This document shows positions 1 through 13,152 of a stretch of 64,000 nt of DNA, in pieces (position 1 is the stretch's first letter; every line of letters begins with the position of its first letter). This stretch comes from the human T2T-CHM13v2.0 reference genome, Homo sapiens, in NCBI RefSeq assembly GCF_009914755.1, contig NC_060925.1, one strand, 5' to 3'. A model generated the notes under the pieces. It was not told the DNA's origin. It saw only the letters and a list, made by a program, of their open reading frames with translations, and made no database searches. Made by a program: the position numbers and the translations under genes.

Positions 1-162
1 AGTTTACTTTTCTTGTAATAATACCAGTAAGGTTGGATTAGGGCCCACCCTATTGACCTGATTTTTAAACCACATCACCTCTTTAAAAGGCCCTGTCTCC
101 AAATATAGTGGGAGTTATGGCCTTGGGGTGAATTTTGGTGGGAGACACAATTCCGATCATAA
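1..162 (-). mobile_element. MLT1-family MaLR LTR fragment
   Basis: ggattagggcccaccctattgacctg...gccctgtctccaaata...gacacaattc matches the reverse complement of the MLT1 5' end. Confidence 0.75.
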
Positions 163-992
163 TCCTGGGGAAGCTCTTCCCACTCCACATTTCATTGTCC
201 TGTTGTCCTTGCTCTCCTAATTCTACTTCCCTTCCCTCACCTTTTCTGGAAGTCTATTTGAGCCTGGATCCAGAAGATGCAAGGGAGAGATCTGAAGTGT
301 TGCTTAAAAAAACCGCGACAGCCCACTTATGCTTAGGAGCTTTTTCTGGGCACCTTTCAGCAGCAACACACCCTCACAGTTGGACTTCCTGTGGTGAAGG
401 AAATTTTCTAATTTCTTTTATTAGGCTAATTAGGAAAAGAAAAACAATCATTTTTTCTCAAATCAGATACTATAACTGGGACACAATGATTATTAATCAT
501 CATCAGCTGCAATTGAAGTCCATTTGGTCATTCAACAAACATTCCCCAACCCCATTCCCACCTTTCCAATTATGCAACCCCTCAGTTAAAATCGCCATCT
601 CCAGAAGGCTCTCCCTAACTAATTTGGCCCACAATGGTAAACCCCTTTTCAAAATTTGTGTAACATTTGACATCTGTATTACTTATTTGGTATGTATTAT
701 AGTGTACCTTAAAATCTTTAATGTACACATATACATAACAAAATAAGTTCCTTAAGGACAAAAGACCACACTTTATATAATTTTTGTTTGCTGGAATTTA
801 ACAGAGAGTAGGCACAGAAAAAGTTCTCAAATGTTTGCTGAATGATTAAATGATTAAATAATTTGAGGATGGGTATTTTTTGGGCCCATAAATTTAGAAA
901 TTACTGTTAAATAACATTATATAGATTTCGTAGATTACAAATTTTGAAAAAATTGAACAGCAATAAAATACATTTTAAATTCAAACAACATA

Positions 993-3785
993 TGGACATA
1001 CCTTGGAGATATTGCAGGTTTGATTTCAGACCACTGCAATAAAGTGAATGACAATAAAGTAAATCACACAAATTTTTGTTTCCCAGTGCATATAAAAGTT
1101 ATGTTTACACTATATTGTAGTCTATTAAGTGTGCAATAACATCGTGTCAAAAAAACATATCTACATACCTTAAATAAGAAATATATTGCTAACAATCATC
1201 TGAGCCTTCAGAAAGTCTTAATCTTTAGCTAGTGGAGGGTCTTGCCTCAATGTTGATGGCTGTTGACTGATCTGAGTAGTGGTTGCTGAAGGTTGGGATG
1301 ACTGTGGCAGTGTCTTAAAACGTCTTAGTGTGTTTTTCTTGCTATAAAAGAATACCTGAGGCTGGATATTTTATAAAGAAAAGCTTTTTATTTGCCATAC
1401 AGTTCTGCAATCTATACAAGAAGCATGGCATTGGCGTCTGCCTCTGGTGAGGGCGTCAAGCTGCTCCCACTCATGGTGGAAGGCGAAGGGGAGCCTGCCA
1501 CATGGTGAGAGCAGGAAGCAAGAGAGTGGGGAGGGAGGTACCAGGCTCTTAAAAATTCTAGACAGAACTAATAGAGCAAGAATGGAGAACTCATCATCAT
1601 TAGGATGGCACCAGGCATCAAGCTATTCATGGGAGATCCACTCCCATGACCCAGACACCTCCCATTAGGCCCCACCTTCAACCCTAGAGATCCAATTTCA
1701 ACATGAGATTTGGAGGGTCAAATTTCCAAACTATAGCAATAAGAGAAGAATGATGCTTGCTGCAGCCATTGACACTTTCGTGAAAGATTTCTCTATAGCA
1801 TGTAATGCTGTTTGGTAGCATTTTACCAACAGTAGAACTTTTTTTGAAACTGAAGTCAATCCTCTCAAACCCTGCTGCTCTTCTATCAACTAAGTTTATG
1901 TAATTTTCTAAATTTTTTGTTGTCATTTCAACAACATTCACAGCATCTTTACAGGAGTAGATTTCATCTCAAAAAGTAAAAAGCAACTCCTCATCAATGA
2001 AAATTTTATCATGAGATTGCAGCAATTCAGTCACATCTTCAGGCTTTATTTCTATTTTTAGTTCTCTTGCTGTTTTCACCCCATCTGCAGTTACTTCCTC
2101 CACTGAAGTCTTGAACCCCCTCAAAGTCATTCATGAGGGTTGGAGTCAACTTTGTTCAAATGTCTGTTAATATTGATATTTTTACCACTTCCCATGAATC
2201 ATGAATGTTCTTAATGGCATCTAGAATGGTGAATCCTATTCAGAAAGTTTTCTGTTTACTTTGCCTAGATCCATTAGAGGAATCACTATGGCAGCTATAG
2301 CCTTATGAAGTACATTTCTTAAGTAATAAGACTTGAAAGTTGAAATTGCTCCTTAATCCATGGGCTACAGAATGGATGCTGTGTTATCAGGCATGAAAAC
2401 AACATTAATTTCCTTGTGCATGTTCATGAGAGCTCTTGGATGACCAAGTGCATTATCAGTATTTTGAAAGGAATCTTTTTTTTTTTTTTTTTTTGAGAAG
2501 CAGATCTCAACAGTGGGCTTAAAATATTAAGGAAACCATGCTGTAAACAGATGTTCTGTCATCCAGGCTTTGTTGTTTCATTTATAGAGCACAAGCAGAG
2601 TAGATTTAACATAACTCCTAAGGGCCCTAGGATTTTTGGAATGGCCAATGAACATTGGCTTTAACTTAAAGTCACCAGTTGCATTAACCTCCTAACAAGA
2701 GAGTTAGCCTGTTCTTTGAGTCTTTGAAGCCAAACGTCGTCTTCTCTACTTACAATTTTCTCGTCTCTAGTTATGAAAGTCCTAGATGGCAGCTTCTTGC
2801 AATATGAAGCTGTTTCATCTACATTGAAAATCTGTTGTTTAGTGTACCCGTCTTTATCAATTATCTTAATCTTCTGGAAACCTTGCTGTAACTTCTGTAT
2901 CTGCACTTGCTACTTCACCTTGCACTTTCATGTATGGAAACGGCTTCTTTCCTTCAACCTCGTGGACCAAGCTCTGCTAGTTTCCAACTTCTGCAGCTTT
3001 CTCACCTTTATTAGCCTTCACAGAATTGAGGAGACTTAGGTTCTTGCTCTGGATTAGGCTTTGGCTTAAAGGGATGTTGTGACTGGTTTGATCTTCCATC
3101 CAGACCACTCAGACGTTCTCTGTATCAGCAAAAGGTTATTTAGCTTTCTTATTCATGTGTTCACTGGAGTTGCACTTTTAATTTCCTTCGACAACTTTTT
3201 CTTGCACTCACAATTTGGCCATTTGGTGTAAGAGGCTTAGTTTTTAGTCTATCTCAGCCTTCGCCATGCCTTCCTCACTAAGCTTAATCATTTCTAGCTT
3301 TTGATTTAAAGTCAGAGAAGTGTGACTCTTCCTTTCACTTGAACACTTAGAGGCCATTTTAGGGTTATTAACTGGCCCAATTTCAATATTGTTGTGTCTC
3401 AGGGGATAGGGAGGCCAAAAAAGAGGGACAGAAATGGGGGAATGAATGGCAGGTCAATGGTGCAGTCATAACACACAACATTTATCAATTAAGCATACCA
3501 ACTTACATAAACATGACTTATGGTACCCCACAACAATTATAATAGTAACGTCAAAGATTGCTGATCACAAATCACCATGACAGATATAATAATAATGAAA
3601 AATTTTGAAATATTGCAAGAATTATCAAAATGTGACACAGAAACACGAAGCGAGCATGTGCTGTTGGAAAAATAGCATCCATAGTCTTATTAGACTCAGG
3701 GTTGTAAAAAATGCAACATTTGTGAAGTGCAGTAAAGTACAATAAAACGAAGTGCAGTAAAGTACAGTAAAATGAGGTATGCCTG
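993..3785 (-). mobile_element. Tigger1 DNA transposon (TcMar-Tigger), near full length, decayed transposase
   Basis: Terminal repeats (tggacataccttggagatattgc... / ...aaatgaggtatgcctg) flanked by TA at 991-992 and 3786-3787. ORF remnants 2661-2906 (QIFNVDET) and 1684-1941 ([16 protein letters not shown]) are Tigger1/TIGD1-like. Length minus the MSTB insert is about 2.4 kb. Confidence 0.92.
1321..1738 (-). mobile_element. MSTB MaLR solo LTR inserted in Tigger1
   Basis: gtcttagt...gctataaaagaatacctgaggctgg...catggtggaaggcgaaggggagc...ccaaactatagca; Tigger1 sequence resumes on both sides. Confidence 0.85.
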
Positions 3786-6700
3786 TAGAACTAATCTCGT
3801 GTCTTAGATGTGTGAAAAAAAGAAAAGAACACTAAAGCCAGGTTAGAGAGTTCTGCTTTCTGCTGTGCCTTTCATGGACTTTTGAACCTTGGGAAGTTAC
3901 TCAGCCTCTCTCAGGGCCTTTCACCATTTACAAGGTGAGGCCATGGACTCTCAGATGACAACTAGATTTACCTTGCATGCAGTTTTCAGTGTATGGACAT
4001 GGTTTACTGGAGAAAGATTCTGAGACCATGTCCAAACCCATCTATGAAAAGTACCTGGAATTGTTAGTCATGTCAGCAAATGCAGAGGAGGAAGTATAGG
4101 TAGTGTAAGTATAGACGTTCTCTGAGGTCCCTCCGAGCAGTAAAGCTCTATGAATTTATGATTCACTTTCTCTTTCATGAAGAGAAAGCACTTCAGAAAC
4201 TTATGGGGCTCTGTAGTCATCACCAAGAACATTTGCTTTCATTGTACTGTTAAGTAGGAGTGCTCATCAGCAGAGATTCTGGTCAACCAAATGCTGGGTT
4301 AGTGTAGAGTATGCTACTTGATCTAAATTCAGGAAAACATGCCCAGGGCGTAGGACTTCCATACTACACAAATTTTCTTAATTGCATTGGTGTAAAATGT
4401 GCAATTAAAAGGGTAATGAGAGTGGTTATCTCTAGGTAATGATTGTGGGTAATTTTTGTTTTCCCGTTTATGCTTTTCTGTACTTCTAAATGTTCATATA
4501 TAACTTTTATAGTTAGAAGAAACAAATCCTATAAAAAAGAATGATAGATACTCTAGCAAGATGAAAGAACAAGGAAGAATTTCAAAATTCAGTTCATTTC
4601 AGTGAACATTTATCCATTTCATTCAATAAATATTTATTTACCACTTACAATGTTACAGGTACTGCAGGGGTTACCAGTAACTGATTCAAGAAGGAGAGCT
4701 GTTCACAGAGCAAGATGTTTCACAGAAGAGAAAGCTATTGAACTAGGTCTTATAGGAAGAGTTATCAATTGACAGAATATGAAAATGGGGCATCTTGGGA
4801 AGAGGAAATGGTACCTGTATCTGGAAAATGTAATGCATTATCAAAGGACCGTGAATGTTTCTGAGAGGGATCCTCCTTAGGAGTGGGGGGAGATAAGGCT
4901 CGGTAAATGGATGAGGCCCAGACTGTTGTGTCATGGTGTCTAACTAGTGGGCAAAGTAGAGCCACTGCAGGGTTCTAAGCAGAGGAAGGCCACCATGAGA
5001 ACAGTGTGTTGGGAACACTGATGTTGGCTTCAGGAGGGTCAGAGGGAATTCACTGGGCAGCACAGTGGTTCAGGGTAAGGGAATGCTGTATAAGCACCAG
5101 GCTTCTTCCCAGGTGTTCTTAATTATTACAAATTAGGAAGATTAAGGTTTAAATTGTGTCACTAACATGCTTATTCAGTGGGTGAGGCTACAGGTTGCTA
5201 AACTTGTTAGAATTGTGATACAATAATCTCATTGTTTTAGTGTCATGTCTTTTCCACCCACCTCTGCTTTCTCTTTCTAACCGTCTCCCACCCCATGTTA
5301 TTGGCATTTAGTTCATATTCATTTTAGTATTAAAGTGAAGTAATTATTTCTGTATTGTGAAATTGGCATTTGAGATCATTGGAAATATTCTTTAATGCTG
5401 TAAGCTAGAGTTTTAAAAAATAGGATTAGTTAAGTCATATTTTTTAAAAGCGAAAAAAATTACCCAGAAGCTATTGAAGATGATGAGATAATGAGATGAA
5501 GAAGTTGAGATGGACTGTGTGTCTCTTGAGTCAATGTCGATAACCTTTGGAACCTGTCCTAAGTGAGAACCTCGATTGCCCTACTGCAAATGCACGTGTT
5601 CAGCTGCTGATTCAGGACTGATCACTGGGGGTGCCTCAGAACTTTCCATTTTCTTAGATTCGTCAGCAAACTCACACTCAGGGACCTTATGAGACCAAGT
5701 CAGAGTAAATGTCCAGGGTTTACAGAGTGGATACAGTGGCTCTGTTTCTCAAGAAGGACTCTGTATAATTAAATTATCATTCTTCTATTAAAAAATTGAA
5801 ATTCTTTCTCCCAGGAGCTCATTGCCAGTGCCTTCTCTGTAGTCTTATAGTCAATTCAAAAATATATCACTTCTGGAAGATGTGAGCTTGAAGTGTGAAT
5901 GCTATCACATGAATCTTCTTTTTATCATAGAAAAGGCTTTTAGGTGGGGTGTTGATGTCAAGATTAACTCAGAGAAAATTGGCTGCAGTTAGGGCTGAAT
6001 GATAGTGATCATTCCAAAACTCATTAGGAGTCTAAAAAGTGAATATTTAGACTTTGACCAAAACCCATTTGTCCTAGAGTGAAATATGGTAGCGAGAGAA
6101 AGACAGCCCTGCAACCCCGAAGTGTAGGCGGGCCTTTCTTTAGGAACCAGGCATGTTCTTGAAATCTTGTGTGTCAATCAGCTTTTTGTAAATGGAATCC
6201 TTTTTTCTCCTTCATTAACTTTCCCTGTAATTTCAGCAGTGTTTAACATTCATTACTGATTGATCTTGAGTTGGCAGTTAACTGCTAACATTCAGATTTG
6301 GATTTTAGTGCTTCTTTCTTGATTTTCTTGCCTTTTTTTCTTTGCTCACTTTCTTTCAGCAACTACTTAAGGAGTAAATACTATGTCTCAGGCCCAGTGA
6401 TAGGGACTGGGAATATAAGTAAGAATGACAGGTAAACAATTACCGTAGGAAATGGTAAATGCAAATCCTAGGAGTACAGAGAAGCTGTGGTAGCACGGAG
6501 TCCCTCTGTCTGGGGAGGGCTTCCCAGGGCAGGGGTTACTGAAGGATCTGAAGATGTGAGGAGGTGCTTGCTTGGGTGATGCCCATCCAAGGAAGACCAG
6601 GATCAGAGGCAGGTTTGGGATTAACTAACTGGAAGGACTTTGGTGTTGAGGAGTTTCAGTCTCAGGACAAGCAGTGAAGCAGCTGATGATCTTTGCTTAG

Positions 6701-6959
6701 CCTTCTACATGGAGTGAGTTGTGGGGAAAAGTTGTTTGCAACATGTATTTCTCTAATGGCCAGGGAGGGGTTATTTCACTATTATTTCTCTCCAACTTTT
6801 CTATCAAATACACTTGTGGAGTTTCTGTAGTGTGAATTGTCTTACTTCAATCTGTAAGTTCAATCTATATTCATGAAGTAGGAGGGCACCCCTAAATAAG
6901 ATTGAGAGGGAAAAAACATGAATATTTTCAGTTTTAGTGGGAACTCTCATATTTGACTT

Positions 6960-7630
6960 AGTAACATTAAAAATGATTATATATAAATTACAAATTTTTT
7001 ATGGTAAAGGACACCATAAGTAATGTCAACAAATGATTAATACACTGAGAAAAATGACACGTAAAAAAAATTCTAATATAAGTATATATAAAGAGCCTCT
7101 ATAAATTTATAAGAAAAAGACAACATATAGAAATATGGACAAAGGAAGAGAGTAAGCGATTCAAAGGAAAGGCAAACCATATGGCCAATAAACACCTGAA
7201 ATGATGCTAAAACTCAGAAAAATGCAAATTAAAGCAATAAATCGGACCAATTCTTTATCCATCAGATTGGCTAACATGAGTAGGAAGATTAGTGGAATGT
7301 TGCCTACCTGTGGTTCTGTGCATCTGTGTGGGTCTACTTTAATGAGTTTAGATCTAGGTGCTTGTCCTGGAGGCACATTCACAGTGTGTTTTTTAAATAA
7401 GAAAAGCAAGTTACAGAGTAATGTGTATAGTATGATCCCATTCAAAAAAATAGCAAAATGCTATGTGTAAGTTTGAATGTGCATGAAGATAGGTGGGAAG
7501 AAAACACATCGGGCCATAAGCACTTACCACAGCAGGATGGGAATGGGGGAGGGTGGGGGCAAGTAACTTTTTCTATATACATCTTTGTATGCAGTTGTAT
7601 ACATATTGCCTTTGTAATTTAATGTACAAA
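6960..7630 (+). mobile_element. Old L1M/L1ME 3' fragment
   Basis: atggccaataaacac...gaaaaatgcaaattaaagca...atcagattggc...tatagtatgatcccatt, typical of ancient L1 3' regions; boundaries approximate. Confidence 0.6.
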
Positions 7631-7886
7631 GACAAAATAAGTACCTAGAAATTAAGAACAGATTAGTACACTTTTTCTGCTACTGTCTTGCCATAGTGTT
7701 GTTCAAACCAGCTAGAAAACAATTCTGTGGTGCCAGGTGAGATGAACTCTCCACCTCTTCCTGAGGGCTTTGTCTTCATGCATGGGACAAAGCAGTGTAA
7801 TTAACATGCCCCCCCACCCCGCCTTAAAACCTAATATTCATTCATCTCTTACTTTGGTTATTATTTAAAAAGAAAACATTTGTCAA

Positions 7887-8306
7887 TTACTTCACACTGA
7901 CAAGCACCATCCCACTGAGGGGGCAGGCAGGAGGTCCATCTCACCACCCAGCTGTATTGCAACAACGCCCTCTCCATCTGGGAATACGGCCCAGGCACTC
8001 CTCTGGAATCCTGAACACACTCCAGGCACCTCTCTTCTTACTGAACACCACCTATGCTTGGAGCACCATGTGAGAGGACACCTCTGGTATCAGGCAGCTT
8101 CAGATGTATTCAGAGAGATTGAAAACTGCAAGGATTCAAGGCATAACAAATGATACACAGACAAGAAAAAAAGACATTTAGAGTGGGGGATAGGGCCTGA
8201 AGGCTTGAATGGTCCTACAAGACTTTCTCAAAAGTCGTCACCCTGGGACCTGAAACATTAGAGCTCTTTCCAGAGTAAGTCTATTCTCGGCCAGAGGTCT
8301 CCAACA
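7887..8306 (+). repeat. Left arm of local inverted duplication
   Basis: Reverse complement of 8669-9097. By-eye alignment gives about 25 substitutions plus 5 indels over ~420 bp. Confidence 0.97.
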
Positions 8307-8668
8307 GAGGCTGTCCATGTGTACTGGTTTCAAGTTCTGCTTACCTCCCAAGTGTTGTTTTTTCTGACCCTGACCTAATTCCTCCCAGGCCAGGCTGGCC
8401 AGCACCTTCTTAAATTGCTCTCAGGCAGCTGGAAGGCCTGGCTGGCAGGAGCCCTGGGTTTTTCACCCTCAGCCCCAGGGCTCTTTGAAGGCCTACTCTC
8501 CAAGAACAAACAAACCTGGCCTGACGCTGCATAGCTGCAGAATAGGGGAGCTTTCTCGGCCTGGTGCCCAGGGTGGCCGAGCTGCCAGCCAGGTGCATGA
8601 TCCTCAGTTAATTAGGTAACTATAGGTAGTCCTGCAGCCCAGGCTGTGTGCTGATTAGTCTGGGCTGT

Positions 8669-9097
8669 TGTTGGAGACCTCTGAGAATAGACTTACTCTG
8701 GAAAGAGCTCTGATGTTTCAGGTCCAGGGTGATGACTTTTGAGAAAGTCTTGTAGGACCATTCAAACCTTCAGGCTCTATCCCCCTCTCTAAATGTCTTT
8801 TTTCTTGCCTGTATACATCTGCTATGCCTTGAATCCTTGCAGTTTTCAGTCTCTCTGAATATATCTTAAGTTGCCTGATACCAGAGGTGTCCTCTCACAG
8901 TGTGCTCCCCCAGCATCGTGCTCTGAGCATAGGTGGTGTTCAGCAAGAAGAAAGGTGCCTGGAGTGTGTTTAGGATTCCAGAGGAGTGCCTGGGCCGTAT
9001 TCCCAGAAGGAGAGGGCGTTGTTGCAGTATGGCTGGGTGGTGAGATAGGCCTCCTGCCTGCCCCCTCAGTGGGATGGTGCTTGTCAGTGTGAAGTAA
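8669..9097 (-). repeat. Right arm of local inverted duplication
   Basis: Ends cttgtcagtgtgaagtaa (reverse complement of ttacttcacactgacaag at 7887) and starts tgttggagacctctg (reverse complement of cagaggtctccaaca ending at 8306). Confidence 0.97.
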
Positions 9098-10432
9098 ACC
9101 CTGGAGCACCTGAGGGAGGAAGAGGAGGAGATAGATCTTCAGCTTCCAGGGATTAGACTGAAAGCTCAACTGGCAAAATGCCCATTTTATTCCCTCATTG
9201 CAAGCTGAAAGTAGAGAGCTGAGGAACCCCGGGCTTGACCACTTTTTTGCATTGACAGATCCTTTGTGGGAGACACATGATCCACATGGGCATTCCTAGA
9301 TCCCTTTGAAGACTCCATAAGCCCAGGGAGATCAGATTTACCTCAGGTTTCAAGTAGATCTCAAGATCCCACTGGAACTCAGATTTTCAGGGGAGTTCAG
9401 AATTAGGGCACGAAGTGCAGGAGATGGTATCAACAGCAACAAATCTGTCTGATATTCTAAAAGAGTTCATCCCAGTGTAGCCCCAAAGACTTCAGACTGA
9501 ACCAGATTCACCTTGAATTGAATAAGCTGATGCAATATTGGCAGCTACACATTCTTCATATGACACCTCTTTTCTCAACTTCTCTTCACCCTGTAGTCTC
9601 CACAGAGATATTCCTGAGGGATAGCAAGAGTGGGGAGCTAACCTGTTTCTTTGCACTGAATGAGCAATGCTTGTGCCTTTCCTCTTTTCTTGTATCTGTA
9701 CATTTCCAGAGGAGCCAGTTTATAGAGGGTATAGAGTAACCCAAGAATACAGGTTTGGGAGTAAGGGAGCTGGCTTTTATTCCAAGTGCTGCCACTGGCT
9801 CTCTGTGTCATCCTGGTCAAGGCATGGGGTGGGAGCAGGTGTTGAAAGGAGCCTGCTGCTGGGGATTGGCTGGCCCCCAAGGAGCTTATGCCCCTCTTGC
9901 TAGGATGCTGGGGATCAGGTCAGTAACACCTGTATTTACAGATGTGGGCTTTGTTACATATTTAATATTTAATTTAAAAAGAATTAATGACAGTCATAGC
10001 CCATATATAACCCACTTCCTGATGTGATTTGTTTGGCCCAGTTTTACAAAGTTGTCCTGTCAGAGGAATTTCATTTATAAAGTTCCTTATTGCTGAGCCT
10101 CTGTGTGTTCCAGTTATGAGTCACATGTGTCAACACCGTGGAAATGAAATTTGTACCCCCTGGACCCATGCAGATTGATTTGATTCTGGGCTAAATGGAA
10201 ATAGAACCTGTACAAGTCAAATGTTTCTGGAGCATCTGCCATCTACAGGGCACTTGGAGGAAACATAAAGACATTCAAGACACAATCCGTGTATTCAAAG
10301 AATGCACAGTCCAGCCAACAATGTTTTAAAGCTTCCAGTAGTTTCCTAAAAAATACCATAGTCTTTTTGAGTTTGGAGAATATTATTACTGTTGTCAATT
10401 ACTTTTTATTAGCACCCTGTATGATATAGGTA

Positions 10433-11214
<782 letters not shown>

Positions 11215-11514
11215 TCAAACTGTACTTCACATGTAATTTTCAAAGCGCTATCCCATGATAGGAATTATCATTCCCATTGTACAAATTGAGAAACTAAAGC
11301 ATGGAGAGGTTAAGGGATTTACCCGATGTCACAGAACAAAGAAGAAAGAGGTAAGGCCAGGGTTTTCCTATTAGCCTATGATGTCTCACAGAGATAACCT
11401 GTCCAGTTAGATACCCAGTTTTGGCTGGAGAAGGCATCACAGACCTTGGGTAATTGATGGCCCACCAGTTTGCACCCCTTTCCATTAATGTGGACCGATC
11501 ATGCCCTTTGTTGT

Positions 11515-11705
11515 GGGTCAGTGAGCGTGGTCTTTGAAGTTAGGCAGATGTGGGTTTGAATTCTAGCTCTCATTTTATGACTTACGTGTCAGTTCACACC
11601 TCTAAGCTCACTTTGCTCTTCTTTAAAATGGGGGTGATAATGATGACTTCATTGGGTCATTATGAGGATTAAAAGAAATCAGGTATGAGAAATCTCTCAG
11701 CACAT
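11515..11705 (+). mobile_element. MIR
   Basis: gggtttgaattctagctct...taaaatggggtgataatg...tatgaggattaaa core. Confidence 0.7.
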
Positions 11706-12984
11706 TCTCCCCTCCCTGGCAAAAGGGTTCAAGGCTGCACAAAGATTATCTAAGGGCAGATACTCTGAACATAGCCATAGTTTATTGATTCAGCGTTTTG
11801 TCATTTGCTTCCCTCTCTCAAGAGGCAAGAGAGAAAGCGAGACTGTCTTCCATGCAGTTTGCTCAGAATTCTAACACTAGCCTGTTAGTCTAATCATAAC
11901 ACATTTCTTCTTGGAAACAAACATAGCAACAGCAATTATATCTTACTTTTAATGTCTAATTGGCTGTAAACTTGCTTTTACTAAGTTATTTCCATCGAAC
12001 ATGTAGAGCATTGTGCAGTTTGCTTATCTTGATGTCCTCCTCTTGCAGTCCCCATCTTGGCTTTATTCGGGAGGCCAATTATGTGTATGCTAGCCTTGTG
12101 GGTGCCCTAGAAACTCCAGCAAAGGCCAGTGACAGTGTTGTGAGCCTTCTGCTCCTCATTATCCACAGAGGCAGGAGCCTATCAGAGCCTCCAACCTTGA
12201 ATTTTTGTGTGAGTTCTGCTTCTGTTCTCCTACTCCAGGTATGTCCCCTCACCTGGCTTCTGGAGTAACCCATCCCTGCTCTCTGAACCCCCACTTCGCT
12301 GTGCCTTCCTCTGCTTCTAACCCTGCCTCTACGATGGGCTCTCTCTCCTTTTCCTCATAAGCCGATCATTCTTTTCCTGCAAGAAGTCCCACAGGGAAGC
12401 CATGCCATCCTAGCCAGACTTGGTTATGGTATGACCTGGCGTTCAGAGGACACACCCCAGCACCTCTACACTGGCTTTCAGCCAGATATGTCTTCACCGC
12501 TTGTTGAGACAGAACAGCTTTCTTCTACCTTTATGCTATGAAGCAGCCTTTCCAGGAGCCCTACTGGGGCCAGAGCCCAAGTGGGAAGATCCTCCCTTAA
12601 GCTTTCCCCTCTGTTTTTCCAACTCCTGAAACTTACATCCTTCTGCAGGCTTCAGGACTCAGTGTAGGTGTGTCTGATGCCCGGTCATCCTAGAGAAGGG
12701 GTTGTGGGAGGGGCTGTACCTGTTGCTATGGCAGCAACCAGTTGAGATCATGAACCCATTTGATTCAGAGGCAATTGCAAGGTGAATCAATCTCCTTGTC
12801 ACCCACTCCTCTTCTCCTCCCTCTCCATCTCTCCCCACAGCCTTCTGTCATCTTTCCTCCTCCCCACTCAACCTCAAGCTTTCTCCTTCCCCAGTTCTCT
12901 CTCTCTCTCTTTTTTTACTCCTAGTTATGATACATCAATGTAGCAGCTAAAGCTACTCATGGTAGACTTCTTATTTATATTATA

Positions 12985-13152
12985 CTTTAGCAAGCATCAC
13001 CTAAAGGGCTTATTAAAACACAGATTGCTGAGCTTCCTCTAGAGTTCTGATCTGGACTCTGCACCAGGACCCAAGAAAGTGCATTTCTGACAAGGTCCCA
13101 AATGATGCTGACACTGCAGGTCCAGGGGCCACACTCTGAGAACAACTGCGCT
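12985..13152. mobile_element. MER5A (hAT-Charlie MITE)
   Basis: atcacct...cttattaaaacacagattgctg...tgcatttctgacaagg...ccacactctgagaacaactgc. Confidence 0.75.

Noticed and set aside
135-746. Longest ORF in the track (203 aa)
   Set aside because: Starts at a GTG inside an MLT1 LTR, shows no recognisable domain and has the composition of intronic DNA.
1684-2906. Transposase-like ORFs as a domesticated TIGD gene
   Set aside because: Fragmented by stops, frameshifts and an LTR insertion; this is a decayed Tigger1.
7912-7926. CTCF-like ccactgagggggcag in both arms of the inverted repeat; other near-matches at 52280-52293 and 53884-53897
   Set aside because: Each has an insertion or mismatch in core positions; this many near-matches is expected by chance in 64 kb.
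8307-8328. REST/RE1-like half sites (gctgtccatg here; also near 22530, 23510 and 35650)
   Set aside because: Only one half matches or the spacing is wrong; no canonical 21-bp RE1 found.
7887-9097. G-U-biased (compensatory) divergence as proof of selection on RNA structure
   Set aside because: About 13 G-U versus 8 A-C by eye is not a convincing excess and is partly explained by CpG decay.
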